Source: Octopus vulgaris (lineage: Eukaryota). Taken from it: a stretch of DNA of 64,000 bases. The stretch is from positions 53,134,001 through 53,198,000 of the forward strand of contig OX597832.1 of NCBI GenBank assembly GCA_951406725.2. Reading direction: 5' to 3'. Under the pieces are notes generated by a model. It did no database searches and was not told where the DNA came from. It saw only the letters and a list, made by a program, of their open reading frames with translations. The translations under genes were made by a program, and so were the position numbers. Each line of letters starts with the position of its first letter. Position 1 is the stretch's first letter. Below, piece by piece: positions 1 through 14,177 of this stretch.

Positions 1-899
1 ACATTGGAAATGTTCACATGTTCTTAATGAAACGGAATCAAACACACATAGACAAGGTATGTGTTGTTAGTTTGGGAGTAGACAGCAGTTTTAGGTGTAA
101 GAGAATATATTCTTTAAGCGCCTGGTGTAAAAAAAAACACCTGAATTTAAGTCATAGTCAAGTGAGACAACTCATATAGATCCCTAAGAGTGACTCATAT
201 AGATCCCTAAGATGTGACTTATCAATGCTGCATACTGAACAAGGCCCACTGCAAGCTATATTGCCGAGTACGACTATATGCTAAATGGTTTAAACACCAT
301 CTACTAGCATGTCCCAACGTTTGAGCCTTGTTTGGTATGCGGCACTGATAAGTCACAACAATGGCAAAACATTGGTGTCTGTTGGTCTAAGAAGGAAGGA
401 ACCTATGTGAGTTGTCTTGCTTGACTATCACTTACTTCCAGGTGTTTTTTAACACTAGGCGCATAGAGAATATATTTGTATTTGTGGATGTACCTCTGTC
501 TCCTTTGTATGTATATGTTCAAGTATGTCTGTATGTATGGGTTTCTGTGACTATGTATGTGCGTCTGTTATGTATGGATGTGTGTCTCCATATGTGTCCT
601 TGTGTGTATGTGAGTGTGAAGTGTACATATGGTCATGTGTTTCAGTCTTCATTTGTGTATGTATGTGTGCTTGTCTGTCCGTATTACCTATCTAACTGTT
701 TACTTACATATTCATTTACCTACCTACGCACACACACACACACATATATACATATATATATACATATATATACATATACACACATATATATATATATCTA
801 TATATATACATATATATATATACATATATATATATACATATATATATGTCTACATAACAGCCAACTAACAACTCTACCAGAGTATATATAAACTGTAGG

Positions 900-1200
900 T
901 ATAGGGGTATCACTACCTTCAACATATATTTCCTGTTTAATACTGGGGATGTATCATTAATGTCTGTGTGTTGGGTCCTTTGGGTGCTTAGATAAAATGC
1001 GGACGTCAAGTTGACCCAGTGTGCCTACATGGTGGTCTTTGGCATGTTGGTAGAGTATGGAGGACTGTTTTTTATTGTCATATTGTCTCAAATGTTCCTT
1101 TAGTCTTTCCACAATGCTTCTAGATGTCTCACCTATGTATATCATGTTCTTGTCTTTACAAGCACCTGCTATGCTACATTTCTAGTTCTGCAGTTAATGC
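900..1200 (-). mobile_element. Penelope-like retroelement remnant (GIY-YIG endonuclease)
   Basis: CRTRNVA...CKDKNMIYIGETSRSIVERLKEH...SSILYQH...PVLNR, with frameshifts and stops. Confidence 0.8.
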
Positions 1201-1413
1201 CAGGGTTAATCTTACATACCATCCAGTTATCATTGGGACATGTGGTACCCTCAAAGGAGCATGTTCCACATAGTTGTGATCTGATGGAGCTCCCTGGCTT
1301 TTGATAGAGAACCTTTGATCATGGACCTTGTAGCTGTAGCCAGCTATTTTTGAGTGGAAGGAAGTAGGTAATGATTTAAGTCTTGCATATAAGAAAACTG
1401 CAGTGTGTGTGTA

Positions 1414-1629
1414 TGAGGGGGCGCTGAAAAGTTTCAGGCTAAAGGGTATTGAAAAAGGCCAGGTTGGCGGCCCAACCTTCTGAGTTCTTTCACAGGACTT
1501 AGAAAAACTGAAGGACTGCTGCAATAAATTTGTGAATCTGAGAGGGGAATATGTTGAATAAAATCATAATTAACTGATCTTCCTCTATTTTCTTTTACCC
1601 AAAGCCAGGAACTTTTCAGCACTCCCTCA
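1414..1629. mobile_element. Mariner-derived MITE
   Basis: TIRs GAGGGGGCGCTGAAAAGTT / AACTTTTCAGCACTCCCTC flanked by TA. Second copy at 24200-24638. Confidence 0.75.
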
Positions 1630-2152
1630 TACATAGACACATGTTGATGGCTCCATCTTGTAAGAAGAGTACCATCCCTTCACTGAACCTAGCACAACCA
1701 TGTGTGCAAAGGTGGCTTTTCAGTCCAGTTTCCACCAATGTAAGGGAATAGAATGGGTATATTATTAATACAATATCATAAATTAAGCTCCATTTATGGC
1801 CAAAATGTTACAAGAGTGAGTTTTTTTTAAATTAACCAACACTCGTGGACATACTTAAAAAATCAAAAAACAACACGGCACCCCTGATTTTTGTAAACAT
1901 TTTTTCACAGTGAGAACTGTTGAACCATGGAATAAACTATTTGCATCAGTTGTTAGCAGTCAAGACTTCCATGCTTCTTGAAATTCACCAACAGTGCACC
2001 TGATGCCCACAGCCACCTCCGTTTTTTTCTTCTTCCCTTTTTTTAAAGACTTTTTCATTGTTCACCTGTGCATAATCTATGTACTGTTCACGTAGTTTTG
2101 ATTACTTTTTCCGATGAGCTGTAAGTGCACCAGAACATTATGTAAATTCATT

Positions 2153-2665
2153 ATAGAGAATACCCTCCATCAGGCATTTGCCATATTCTGAACGCCTTAC
2201 TTCCCTGGGCATGGATACATTGAAATTCCGACGTCTGGCAGCTGACTTGGCAGACACCCATAAAATTATTAACCATCTTACAAACTATAACTCTGAGCAC
2301 CTTTTCAAACTCCACCCGTCTAACACCCGTGGACATGTTTACAAAGTCAGAAAACAGCACAGCTCCCATGACTTTCAGAAACATTTTTTCACGCTAAGAG
2401 TTGCTGAAGCATGGAACAGACTGCCAGCATCAGTTGTTAGTTGTCGGAGCACTGCATCCTTCAAAACTTCCATGCTTCCTGACATTCGCCAACACTACAC
2501 CTGGTTTTCTCCCCTCCATACACACGCAAGCATGTATCTGATTCATACATTGTTCACTTTCCAGACATTTGTACATTACTGCATATGCTTTATATGCACT
2601 TTTGACAAGTTGTGGTACATCTGAGCACTGCATACAATAATTTCATTATTATTATTATTATTATA
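2153..2665 (+). mobile_element. CR1/L2-like LINE 3' fragment
   Basis: PYSERLTSLGMDTLKFRRLAADL...TRGHVYKV...FFTLRVAEAWNRLP followed by an (ATT)n tail. An older copy lies at about 1840-2150. Confidence 0.85.
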
Positions 2666-3077
2666 TAAAGGTAAGAATAATTATATAATCATCAGACATA
2701 GTCAACTGGAAATCTAATACTTGGACTCTTTTGCAGTGAAGGTATAAAAGAAAAGGTCTGGCTAATAAGCCAATGAAATTTTTTGGCTGCATTAAAGAAA
2801 CCAAGAGAGAAAAGCGTTGAAGATAGGTGCAGACAAAATAAAATGTTAGGTCTAGTTCTTCCAGAGTTATGTCCCTTGGATTGGATTACGCCGTCAAAAG
2901 TAAACCCAGCAGTCGAGGCCAATGTGCAGAGAATTTTCATTGCATGTGTGTGTCTACGAATGAAGTAGGGTGAAGTGTTATGAGGAGAAAGTTGTGGGAA
3001 GAGGGTGAGAGAGTGAGAGGAATGATGGGAGGTGGGAAGCTAATTAGCTAGTTTATGAAGGAGTATTATATGTATTA

Positions 3078-3463
3078 CTAGCAGTATCGCCCGGCGTTGC
3101 TCGGGTTTGTAAGGGAAATAACTATATAAGCATTTTTAGAGAGTTATAGCCAAAAAATAGCAAAAAAATGCATCAAAAATGGAAAAAAAATTATGGTAAA
3201 TTTTTTTTAAAACCGTTGGTTCATCGTAGACATTTTTAGAGTTACTTCCCTTATATAATAGCGAAAAAAATGCATTAAAATGGAAAAAAACTATGGTAAA
3301 TTTATTTTTAAATCGTAGACGCGCGCTAATACCCAGAAGGGCTCGATATGAATCACGACTATAAGATACCCGGTTTTGGTTAAACTGCACCGCAAAATGT
3401 GGGAGGAGTTAGGAATCTAAATCGTAGGAGACAGACACACAACCTTACTTTTATATATAAAGA
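3078..3463 (-). mobile_element. Non-autonomous Helitron
   Basis: 5' TCTTTATATATAA, 3' hairpin CCCGAGCAACGCCGGG followed by CTAG, inserted at A|T. Confidence 0.85.
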
Positions 3464-3617
3464 TATTGTATGTGTATTGGTGAGGTGTGTGGTGGGGCAA
3501 TGTGATAAATTGTAAGAGGAAAGAGAATGAGGATTGAAGGTAGGGAGACAAATGGAGGACGAGTCTTATAAGAGAAAAGAAAGAAATAAAGAGGACATTG
3601 GAAGAAAGAAAAGAATA

Positions 3618-4020
3618 AGGCGCAGGAGTGGCTGTGTGGTAAGTAGCTTGCTTACCAACCACATGGTTCCAGGTTCAGTCCCACTGCGTGGCACTTTGGG
3701 CAAGTGTCTTCTACTATAGCCTCGGGCCGACCAAAGCCTTGTGAGTGGATTTGGTAGACGGAAACTGAAAGAAGCCTGTCATATATATGTATATATATGT
3801 ATGTGTGTTTGTGTGTCTGTGTTTGTCCTTCCAACATTGCTTGACAACCGATGCTGGTGTGTTCATGTCCCCGTTACTTAGCAGTTCGGCAAAACAGACC
3901 GATAGAATAAGTACTAGGCTTACAAATAATAAGTCCTGGGGTCAATTTGCTCGACTAAAGGCGGTGCTCCAGCATGGCCGCAGTCAAATGACTGAAACAA
4001 GTAAAAGAGTAATGAGAGTA
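3618..4020 (+). mobile_element. tRNA-derived SINE family A (representative copy)
   Basis: Head with A/B-box-like TGGCTGTGTGGTA...GGTTCAGTCCC, internal (TA)/(TG) microsatellite, tail ACAAGTAAAAGAGT. About 20 copies: 4318+, 5755-, 8943-, 9670-, 12372-, 14170-, 15062-, 15980-, 16300-, 21724+, 22595-, 25500+, 28275+/28382-, 42578-, 46756+, 50990+, 54415+, 56020-, 60822+. Confidence 0.9.
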
Positions 4021-4899
4021 AGTGTCAAAATACAGAAGAAAGGGATGAAAATAACTCCAAAAGGGGCCAAATGCCAGATATGACTAGTATGGAGGACTAG
4101 ATCAAATAGTGAAAACATAATGCCATTCATGAAGGCAGGGGGTAAAAATTTCGTATCTAGAGTTTAGAAAGGTCCACAGGTGAAGCAAATTCTTCAGGAT
4201 AATTCCTTTGTCTGTGAAAGAGAGCCTGGACCTTCTGCTGTTGTGAAGACATGGCCTGCACTTTTCTAGCAATCTCCACTATTGCCAACAGGCTAAGCAA
4301 AAGTCAGATATTAGTGACAGACGTGGCTGTGTGATAAGAAACTTGCTTCCAACCACATGGTTCTGAGTTCAGTCCCACTGAGTGGCATCTTGGTTAAGTG
4401 TCTCCTATTACAGTCCCATAGGTGTACTTAGTGGATGGAATCAGAAAGAAGCCCATCATATATATATATATATAAACATACATACACACATACATACATA
4501 CATAATACATACATACACACACACACACACACATACATACATACATACATACACATACATACATACATACATTCATACATACATGCATACATGCATACAT
4601 ATATACATACATATATACACATATATGTATATATCTATGTGTCTGCATCTTTGTGAATATGTTTGTCATCCACCACTGCTTGACAACTGGTGTTGGTTTG
4701 ATTATGTCCCCATAACTTTTTGGTTCAGCAAAAGAGACCAATGGAATAAGTACTGGGCTTAAAAAAATAAATAAGTCCTAGGGTCAATTTGTTTGACCAA
4801 AGCTCTTCAAGGTGGTGCCCCAGCATGGGCTGCAGTCTAATGACTGAAACAAGTAGAAGAAGCAGTATTATTACTAAATGGTAAGCTCTGTATCCTACT

Positions 4900-7640
4900 T
4901 AATGTAGATGTATTATAACGATGTCATAAGACTTCAGTATTCATCTGTGGGTACTGGTGTTGTTTGCGCAGCAATTAATTACTGCAAGGTATATATGGCC
5001 AGGAATTAATCATACTGCACAGCTGTGGGTGTGGTACTTCTTGAAATGTTATCATGCAAAAATTAACCAAGATGTGAAATCATCCCCTGACATGTTTGTT
5101 ACACCAGATGCTAGGCTCCATCACATAGGCAGTGATTTGATTGGATCCTTTGTCCCTTCGGAAAATTGCTTCTATTTGATGGCTTGTGCAGACCCCTGAC
5201 ATGTGTGGACATGTTGACATGACCAGGTTTTCTTCCCATCACAGATATATCAGTGGAAACAGTAGCATGAGCTTTATCTACAAAATTGGATTTTTCAGTT
5301 TGGTTTCCTTCTATTTATTTCTTTACTACCCACAAGGGGCTAAACACAGAGGGGATAAACAAATTAAGTCGATTACATCGACCCTAGTGCGTAAATGGTA
5401 CTTAATTTATCGACCCCAAAAGGACGAAAGGCAAAGTCGACCTCGGCGGAATTTGAACTCAGAACGTAATGGCAGACGAAATACAGATACACCTTTCTCC
5501 CGGCGTGCTAACGGTTCTGCCAGCTCGCCGCCTTCTATTGCCACACACAGCCTAGGCTTGCAGTTAGGATCTACCCTTTTCACTGCACTCACAGACCTTG
5601 GATATCAACATATATGTTCTACCGCCTGAGGCCAATGAAATGGTCAACAGGTTCCCATCAACAACTGAAGGCTGCTCTTTGTGCACAACATAACCCTGAC
5701 CATTGGCATGAGCTTGTTCCCATTGTTTTACATTTTATTTATTTATTTATTTATTTTTACTTGATTCAGTCATTTTGGCTGCAGCCATGCTGGAGCACCG
5801 CCTTTAATCGAGCAACTCAACCCTGGGACTTATTCTTTTGTAAGCCCAGTACTTATTCTATCGGTCTCTTTTGCCGAACCGCTAAGTAATGGGGACATAA
5901 ACACACCAGCATCGGTTGTCAAGCGATGCTAGGGGGACAAACACAGACACACAAACATACACGCACATACATATATATACATATATACGACGGGCTTCTG
6001 TCAGTTTCCGTCTACCAAATCCACTCACAAGGCATTGGTCGGCCCGAGGCTATAGTAGAAGACACTTGCCCAAGGTTCCACGCAGTGGGACTGAACCCTG
6101 AACTATGTGGTTGGTAAACAAGCTACTTACCACACAGCCACTCCTGCGCCTACATGGTTTACTTGCAACGATAAAAGCTGAGACAAGTTGTACAACTGGT
6201 ATATGGAACTGCACTTAGGCCACTTGGACACTAAGTCACCCATAACTCAGAAATTACGCCACAAGATCCAACTATACATTTTGACCGACACAACACACGT
6301 CAGGTATCTCTTCAATCGGTCCACATCAAAGTATTTCAATGGCACCAAAAGAACTGAGAAGACTCATTCATGCTTTTGTATGAGTCTTTCAGCAAAGCAC
6401 TTCAACCATCATACCAAGGGCTGTATAAAGTTGCACATAATGTCCCAAACATTGCATCTTTATTTTTTTTTTATTAAATTTGCCACAAGGGCAGCACACA
6501 GAGAGAAGCTTGCGGGCTGGACACAGACATTAATGGGATGAATGATAATGATACAAGGATGATAAGGATGGGAGAAGACGAAACGCGCCCGCCGACTTTC
6601 GCTTCTCTAAAACATTGTTTTTTTTTTTTTTCCTTTTTTAAGCACAATGAGGTGATAAACCTCTTACATAGTTCAGAATATTGCATCATATTCATCAAAG
6701 GCCAGCATCAGACTTGACCATTTGACCATTTGAAAATAATATTTTTTATGGAGGACAAGCTTCTACAAACAATAACTCTGAGCACCTTTTCAAACTCCAC
6801 CCATGTAACACCTGTGGACATATTTACAAAGTCAGAAAACAGCAGAGCTCCCATGACTTTCAAAAACATTTTTTCACGCTGAGAGTTGCTGAAGCATGGA
6901 ACAAACTGCCGGCATCAGTTGTTAGTTGTCGGAGCACTGCATCCTTCAAAACTTCCATGCTTTCTGAGATTCGCCAACACCACACCTGATTTTCTCCCCT
7001 CCATACACACACAAGCATGTATCTGACTCATACATTGTTTGCTTTCCAGACATTTGTACATTACTGCATATACTTTATACGCACTTTCTGACAAGTTGTG
7101 GTGCACCTGAGCACTGTATACAATAATTTCATCACTATTATTATTATTATTATTTCTTCTCCTTGTTTGAGGAACTGTTAGCAAGAAAGATTAATTGGAG
7201 CTCCTGATGCATCTCAAGCTGAACTGGAATGGACCACAAGGTCAAGACATCACATTCACTGGCCCAAGTGTTTGTTACATCATATAGATTATGTTCAAGG
7301 GCAATGAAACTAATTTTCAGTTTGAATATTCATACTCACATTTTCTTTTTATTATCTTGGATTCTGTGAAACTTTGATTCTTAGGTGGTGTTCATGTAGT
7401 GACTTAGCACTGACTATAATGTCACCAGTTACAAACGCCTCATTGCTCTATCAAATTAAATATGATAAAGTCATCGATTTGACTAAGAGTTTTGCTGATT
7501 GGTGGGTTCCACTATCATGCATTTAGTTTGTCAGTCATTAATCTTTTCTTTGACATCTCACTGATTGTTGTTCATCAGTCACAGTTTTCCTCCACCAAAC
7601 AATAAATAGGGAGATTTTGCCTGTCTATTTAGAGAACCAC
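4900..7640 (+). mobile_element. Decayed Gypsy/Ty3 LTR retrotransposon (integrase to 3' LTR), interrupted by SINEs and a LINE
   Basis: ITARYIWPGINH, HIGSDLIGSFVPSENCFYLM, RFHQQLKAAL...WHELVPIVL, LVYGTALR and TTRSRHHIHWPK. A TGTAGTGAC LTR-like start occurs at about 7396. Confidence 0.7.
6763..7154 (+). mobile_element. CR1/L2-like LINE 3' fragment, same family as 2153-2665
   Basis: Near-identical to about 2280-2665, with an (ATT)n tail. Confidence 0.85.
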
Positions 7641-8185
7641 ACACCCATTTCTTTATTACCCACAAGGGGCTAAACATAGAAGGGACAAACAAGGACAGAC
7701 ATAGGTATTAAGTCGATTACATCGACCCCAGTGCATAACTGGTACTTAATTTATCGACCCCGAAAGGATGAAAGGTAAAGTCGACCTCGGCGGAATTTGA
7801 ACTCACAACGTAACGGCAGACGAAATACCGCTAAGCATTTCGCCCGACGTGCTAACGTTTCTGCCAGCTCGCCGCCTTAGCTGAATCACACACCATTTAG
7901 CTGAATCCATGTCTCATGTTCTCTCAACCATTCATACAACATTTTCTTTGTAAGTATATTTTGTAGCTATTTCACGCACACACATACAGACACACACGAA
8001 AAACAATGAAAAGACTTTCTCATATTATTTCACGAAGATTTTCAACACACTTCTCTTTGAATGAATAATTTTACCTGCCATGCCAATTTTTATTTTCCTT
8101 TTTGATATTTTATCCACTAGGACATATTTTTCTCTTTTTTGTTCCTTACCTGCCACATTTAACTTTTTATTTTATTTCTTAAATG

Positions 8186-8420
8186 AAGGCGGTGAGCTGG
8201 CAGAAACATTATCTCGCCGGGCGAAATGCTTAATGGTATTTCGTCTGTCGCTACGTTCTGAGTTCAAATTCCGCCGAGGTCGACTTTACCTTTCATCCTT
8301 TCGGGGTCGATTAAATAAGTACCAGTTATGCACTGGGGTCGATATAATCGACTTAATCCGTTTGTCTGTCCTTGTTTGTCCTCTCTGTTTTTATCCCCTT
8401 GTGGGTAGTAAATAAATAGG
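8186..8420 (+). mobile_element. SINE family B (representative copy)
   Basis: AAGGCGGYGAGCTGGCAGAA...GAGTTCAAATTCC...CCTTTCATCCTTTCGGGGTCGA...CCCCTTGTGGGTA. Copies at 5312-, 7647-, 8600+, 10220-, 11402-, 23300+, 36730-, 45848+ and 55596+. Confidence 0.88.
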
Positions 8421-9460
8421 TATTTTGTCTGCCTTTGCATTCTGAGTACAAATTCTGTCACGGTCGACTTTGCCCTTAATTTTTTGGGGGTTGATAAAAT
8501 AGATACCACTCAAACACTGGGGTCAATCAAGATAACTTACTAGCTCCCCCAAAATTGCTGGCCTAGTGCCAAAATCTGAAATCAATATTATTTCTTAAAT
8601 TAAGGCAGTGAGCTGGCAGAATTGTTAGCATGGTAAGCGCAATACTTAGCAGCCTTTCACCTGGCTTTATGTTCTGAGTTCAAATTTGGAGCTGATAAAA
8701 TAATTACCAGTTGAATACTGAGGTTGATGTAATCGACTTATTCTTCTCCCTAAATTGCTGGCCTTGTACCAAAATTTGAAACCTATATTATTTCTTACAT
8801 TAAGGCAGTGAACTGGCTTAGCAGAATTTTATCTGTCTCTGCATTCTGAGTTCAAACTCCACCAAGGTTAACTTTGCCTTTTATTCTTTCAAGGTCGATA
8901 AAATAGTACCAGTCAAAAACTGGGGTTGATGTAATTGACTACTCTTTACTCTCTCTTTCACTTGTTTCAGTCATTTGACTGTGGCCGTGCTGGAGCACTG
9001 CATTTAATCGAGCAACTCGACCCCAGGACTTATTCTTTTGTAAGCCCAGTACTTATTCTATCGGTCTCTTTTGCCAAACCGCTAAGTAACGGAGACATAA
9101 ACACACCAGCATCGGTTGTCAAGCAATGCTAGGGGGACAAACACACACACGCATATATATATATACATATATACGACGGGCTTCTTTCAGTTTCCGTCTA
9201 CCAAATCCACTCACAAGGCTTTGGTCGGCCCGAGGCTATAGTAGAAGACACTTGCCCAAGGTGCCACGCAGTGGGACTGAACCCGGAACCATGTGGTTGG
9301 TTAGCAAGCTACTTACCACACAGCCACTCCTGTGCCCACTTCCTCAAAATTTCAAACCTTGTGCCTATAGTGGAAAGGAATATTATTTCTTACATTACAT
9401 TAGATATCTGGCCAGTTTCAACATAAAACAGGTAGAGTATTTTGGTTGGCTACAGGCAGT

Positions 9461-9651
9461 TTAACCCTTTAAATACCAACCCAGCTGAAACCACATCTGG
9501 CTTTGTAGTACAAAGTTCCAAATTAAAATCTTCCACCAACCCTTATTCAGAATTTATGTTCTTAACACTAGCTTAATGATAACTAAGTTATTTTACTAAA
9601 TTCTTTGTTATATTTAAAATTAATTGAAAGAAACAGTAACAAAAGGGTTAA
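9461..9651. mobile_element. piggyBac-like MITE
   Basis: TTAA|CCCTTT...AAAGGG|TTAA. Relatives at 15501-15770, about 17583-17811, 25990-26178, 13900-14117 and 36340-36582. Confidence 0.75.
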
Positions 9652-10816
9652 AATATCTATTCTTTTATCCTTTTACTTTTTTCAGATATTTGACTGCAGC
9701 CATACTGGAGCACCACCTTTAGTTGAATAAATCAACCCCAGGACTTATTCTTTGTTAGCCTAGTACTTATTCTATCGGTCTGTTTTGCTGAACTGCTAAG
9801 TGACAGGAACATAAACACACCAACATCGGTTGTCAAGCAATGGTGGAGAGACAAACACACGCACACACACACACACACACACATACGATAGGTTTCTTTC
9901 AGTTTCTGTCCACCAAATCCATTCACAAGGCTTTGGTCGGCCTGCAGCTATAGTAGAAGACAGTTGCCCAAGGTACCACGCAGTGGGACTGAACACGGGA
10001 CCATGTGGTTAGTAAGCAAGCTACTTACCACACAGCCACTCTTGCGCCTATATAATAGAGAAATAATTCTTAAATACTAACAAGCTGAAGATTTATTTTA
10101 AGTGTCAACTTTAAAAGTTTGACATTTCATAGAAAACATTAATTATTTTTGTTATGTTTTACTTATTAATTAATTCTTTATGATTTTTGGCACAATTTTT
10201 AGTCATTCTGAGAGGAGCGGAAAATCAATTACATCAACCCCAGTGCTCAATTGGTACTTATTTTATCAACCTTGAAAAGATGAAGGGCAAAGTCAACCTT
10301 GGCGGAATTTGAACTCGGAATATAAAGAGCGGGAAGAAATGAAGCTAAGCATTTTGTCTGGTGCGATAAAGATTCTGCCAGCTTGATGTCTTATCTTACT
10401 TTCTAATTAATGTAATTAGTCCACAATACACTGTAAGTAACATAGGTCTAGTTTCCTTGTTTCTCCAATGCTCTCTTTCTCAAAGGATCTTTGTCTTACA
10501 AGTTACTTGGTAACCTCACCAGTGCTGGTGCATCCAGTCCACACTCTAAAGTGGTTGGCATTTGGAAGGGCACCCAACTACAAAAGAACATGCCAAAACA
10601 GGCCTTGCTGGTGCTGGTGCCGTGTAAAAAGCACTCAATCCACTCTGTGGGGTGGTTTGTATTAGGAAGGGCATCCTGCCATAAAAATCCCTGCCAAAAC
10701 AGACAGTGAAGCCTAGTGCAGTCTTCTGCCTAGTCAGCCCCAGTCAAACTGTCCAACTCATGCTACCATGGAAATCAGATGTTAAATAATGATGTTATGT
10801 GTGTGTGTGTGTGTGT

Positions 10817-12347
10817 ACAAGGTGCAATGGATAAATTGTTGCCATTCTATATATTTAATTTTGCGCATGTGCATTGTTTGCTTTTGATTTTGTTGACTAC
10901 ACAGTATAGTAGGGTCAGTTGGGCACTGTCTGTGAGAAAAAGAGCACCATGACGCAATTCACTCTGCCAGAAATTTGGAAACGACATGCTGTACTGCTTG
11001 GCATTCATGCTGGAAGCTCCAATATGAACATTTCAGAGTGTTTGGGTGTCAATCTGAGGACAGTGAAGAGGATTCGGAAAGAGTTGGATGAGTCTAATGG
11101 TGATTACGAAGGTACAGCAGCTTGGAAAACTCACTCTGATCATTCTGATAAGAAAAGAACTTCTGATTTTGCTGGTGAGATCCAGGCCATGAGTGGCAAT
11201 GATCCCTCCATGTCAATCAGGTCCATCGCCAGGGATATGGGAGTTTCTGAGTTTCTTATCAGGCAGGTAGTGCATGAAGACATTTGGTATTCCTCATACA
11301 AGATGAGAAAGGGCCAATTTTTATCCCAAGCCATCAAGGACAAGAGGAAAGACTGCGCTATGAAGCTTTTGAACAAACTCAAGCATCCCCTCCAACTGAA
11401 CCTATTTCTTTACTACCCACAAGGGGCTAAACACAGAGGGGACAAACGGATTAAGTCGATTACATCGACCCCAGTGCGTAACTGGTACTTAATTAATCAA
11501 CCTCGAAAGGATGAAAGGTAAAGTCGACCTCGGCGGAATTTGAACTCAGAACGTAGCGACAGACGAAATACCATTAAGCATTTCGCCCGGCGAGATAATG
11601 TTTCTGCCAGCTCGTTGCCTCCAACTGAACCTGCTTTGGTTTTCCTCAGATGAGAAAAATTTCTGCTAGGATCAGATGGTGAACACACACAACAACCATT
11701 GGCTTGCCATGTTCCCAAAACATGTACTGAGAATGAAAAAGTCAAACATCCAGTCAACATCATGGTGTTTGAAGTTATCACTAGTGATGGCAACATTATG
11801 CCTCCATTCATCTTCCTACATGGCTTCAAACTCAACATGGAGGCCTACCCAAGTGCCTGGAGGTGGTAGTGCTGCTCTGGGTCAAGAGGGTGGCTGCTGG
11901 AAGACCCTGTGTCTAGCAATAGGACTCTGCACCATGCTACATAAGCAGGAGAACCCAGTCATGACTGTCAGACAATTTCTGCAACCACATCATGCCTAAC
12001 ATCTGGCCACCTAACTCCCCAGACTGAAACCTCCTTGATTATTATGTGTTGGGTGCATTTGAGCTAGAGACCAATAAAACTCCTTGTAACACCAAAGATG
12101 AACTGAAGGCAAGGATTATGGCAGCATCTACCAACTTAAAAACAAGGTGACTATCCAGAAAAGTTGCAGGAGATACCAAAGTCATATGGAGGCCGTTACT
12201 GAAGCCAATGGCAATTTTATTAAATAAAATTACTCTTTAGTATTTCAAGATATTCTAATGTAATTTTGGTAAATACATCTATTAAAATGAGATGTCAGTG
12301 TTATTTTAATTTTTGTGTAATATAGATGACAATATATTCACAGCACC
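10817..12347 (+). mobile_element. Tc1/mariner DD37D (maT-like) transposon, transposase pseudogene
   Basis: HTH-like N-terminus (ORF 10919). D(SAP) is followed 37 residues later by the D of WPPNSPDxNLLD(Y). Degenerate TIRs. Split by a SINE with TSD CCTCCAACTGAACCT. Confidence 0.8.
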
Positions 12348-12655
12348 TGTGTGTGTGTATGTGTGTGTGTATTCTTTTACTTGTTTCAGTCATTTGGAGC
12401 ACCGTCTTTAGTCGAACAAATCGACCCCAAGACTTATTCTTTGTAAGCCTAGTACTTAATTTATTGGTCCACTTTTGCTGAACTGCTAAGTGACGAAGGT
12501 TTTTATAGTATATTTTTTCACTATTGAATTGCTAAATAGAGGTTTTTCTCTATATTATATACATATATTGTATATTGTGAAATTTAATTTAGAATTGCTA
12601 AATTGAATTTTTCCCTGTAAGTTTGGAATTATATTCCCTACTACTGTTATTATTA

Positions 12656-12705
<50 letters not shown>

Positions 12706-12913
12706 TTCTCCCTGGACGTGACACCAGTCCATTGCAGGATTACTTATTTTTATCAGCTGAGTGGATTGGAGCAATTTGAAATTTAGCTATTTGCTCAAAA
12801 AAGTATAATGTATCATCTGATCCAGGAATTGAAACCAACACCCTGACCACTACACCATGTGCCTCCACTTTTAATTGATATGAAGGGAAGAAATTCAAGA
12901 AACTAATACTTAC

Positions 12914-13232
12914 ACACCATGTTTGGAATGGAACCTTGTTCAATAAAAAACTGAACCAATTCAGCCGAACCAACAAAAGATGCACATATCAAAGCATGGC
13001 TATATTCACACATTGTCAAGTTTAAATTACTTCCTGCCTGGGTCAGTAAAAATATCATAGATTGGATATTGGGATCAATGATAGGAGCAACTCCAGTTGC
13101 CTGTTTTACCGGGATATTTTCAAGGATACAGTTTGTGAGGGGAATCTTGCCAGACCTGTCAGCTATATTAGGGTCGGCTCCGGCTTGAAGGAGGATTTCA
13201 ACAACATCGACATGTTTGGTGAGCACAGCCAA
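12914..13232 (-). CDS. Ankyrin-repeat gene, shared downstream (constant) exon
   Basis: Acceptor TTTTTTAATTTCCAG|TTG GCT GTG (phase 0), encoding LAVLTKHVDVVEILLQAGADPNIADRSGKIPL...QGSIPNMV. Donor |GTAAGT at 12913 (phase 1). Completes the TPLHxA ankyrin motif begun in exon A or B. Further exons were not found in the window. Confidence 0.88.
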
Positions 13233-13329
13233 CTGGAAATTAAAAAAACAAAAAACAAATAAAGGAAAGTTATTAAAACATGTTGATGTGTTTTAAAATG
13301 TTTACCTTTTTCTGTATAGATGACTAGCA

Positions 13330-13680
13330 CTCATCATCAGTCATCATCATCATCATCACTGCCATCATCATCATTGCCGCCATCATCATCACCATCATCA
13401 TCACAATCATCATCATCATCATCATCATCACCATCATCATCACCATCATCACAATCATCATCATTGCCATCGTTGTCGTCGTCATTGTCGTCATCATCAT
13501 CATTGCCATCATCATCATCATCATCACCACAATCATCATCATTGCCATCGTTGTCGTCGTCGTCATCACCATCACCATCATCATCACAACCATCATCATT
13601 GACATCGTTGTCGTCGTCGTTGTCATCATCATCATCCTCATCCTCATCATCATCATCATCAATCAATCAATCAATCAACC
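13330..13680. repeat. Degenerate (CAT)n trinucleotide array
   Basis: CAT/CGT/CAC triplets, probably the expanded tail of the adjacent minus-strand RTE-type 3' end. Confidence 0.9.
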
Positions 13681-14144
13681 ATTTCAATGTCCACTTTTCC
13701 ATGCTGGAATGGGTCAAACAGAATTTGTCGAGGCAGATTTTCTATGGCCAGATGCTCTTCTCTTTGCTATCCCACACTTGTTTCCAAGCAAGGCCAGACA
13801 TGTTTTAACAGAAGATTAGAAATGAAGGACACACTTGTATGATAGTGACACTTGCTTACAACTATCATGTGATGTCAAGGCAAGGAGGCAGTAAAACACA
13901 CACACACACACACACACATTATGGCCTAATAATCTATTTGTTTTATGTTCATACTGACCAGATCTGGCCTCTCACACTTACCAAACAATGTCATTCTAGA
14001 AATATACAATCACATCATCAAAATTTCAAAGCTATGAGATAATGCATGAGTCATTCAAAACAATGTGAATAAATAAGTTTTACTTTTGATAGAGTAATGT
14101 GAATGCTTAAGGGTTAAATAAAGGGTTTAATAAAGGGAGACACA

Positions 14145-14177
<33 letters not shown>

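Noticed and set aside
412-891. ORFs rich in YI/HT/CV dipeptides, here and throughout the window
   Set aside because: Stop-free frames of (TA)n/(CA)n/(TACA)n microsatellites.
5916-6117. Recurrent ORFs such as DGLLSVSVYQIHSQGFGRPEAIVEDTCP
   Set aside because: Translations of SINE family A, not a gene family.
13320-13808. Poly-Ser, poly-Asp and poly-Met ORFs
   Set aside because: Translations of a degenerate (CAT)n array lying in an intron, with no splice or domain support.
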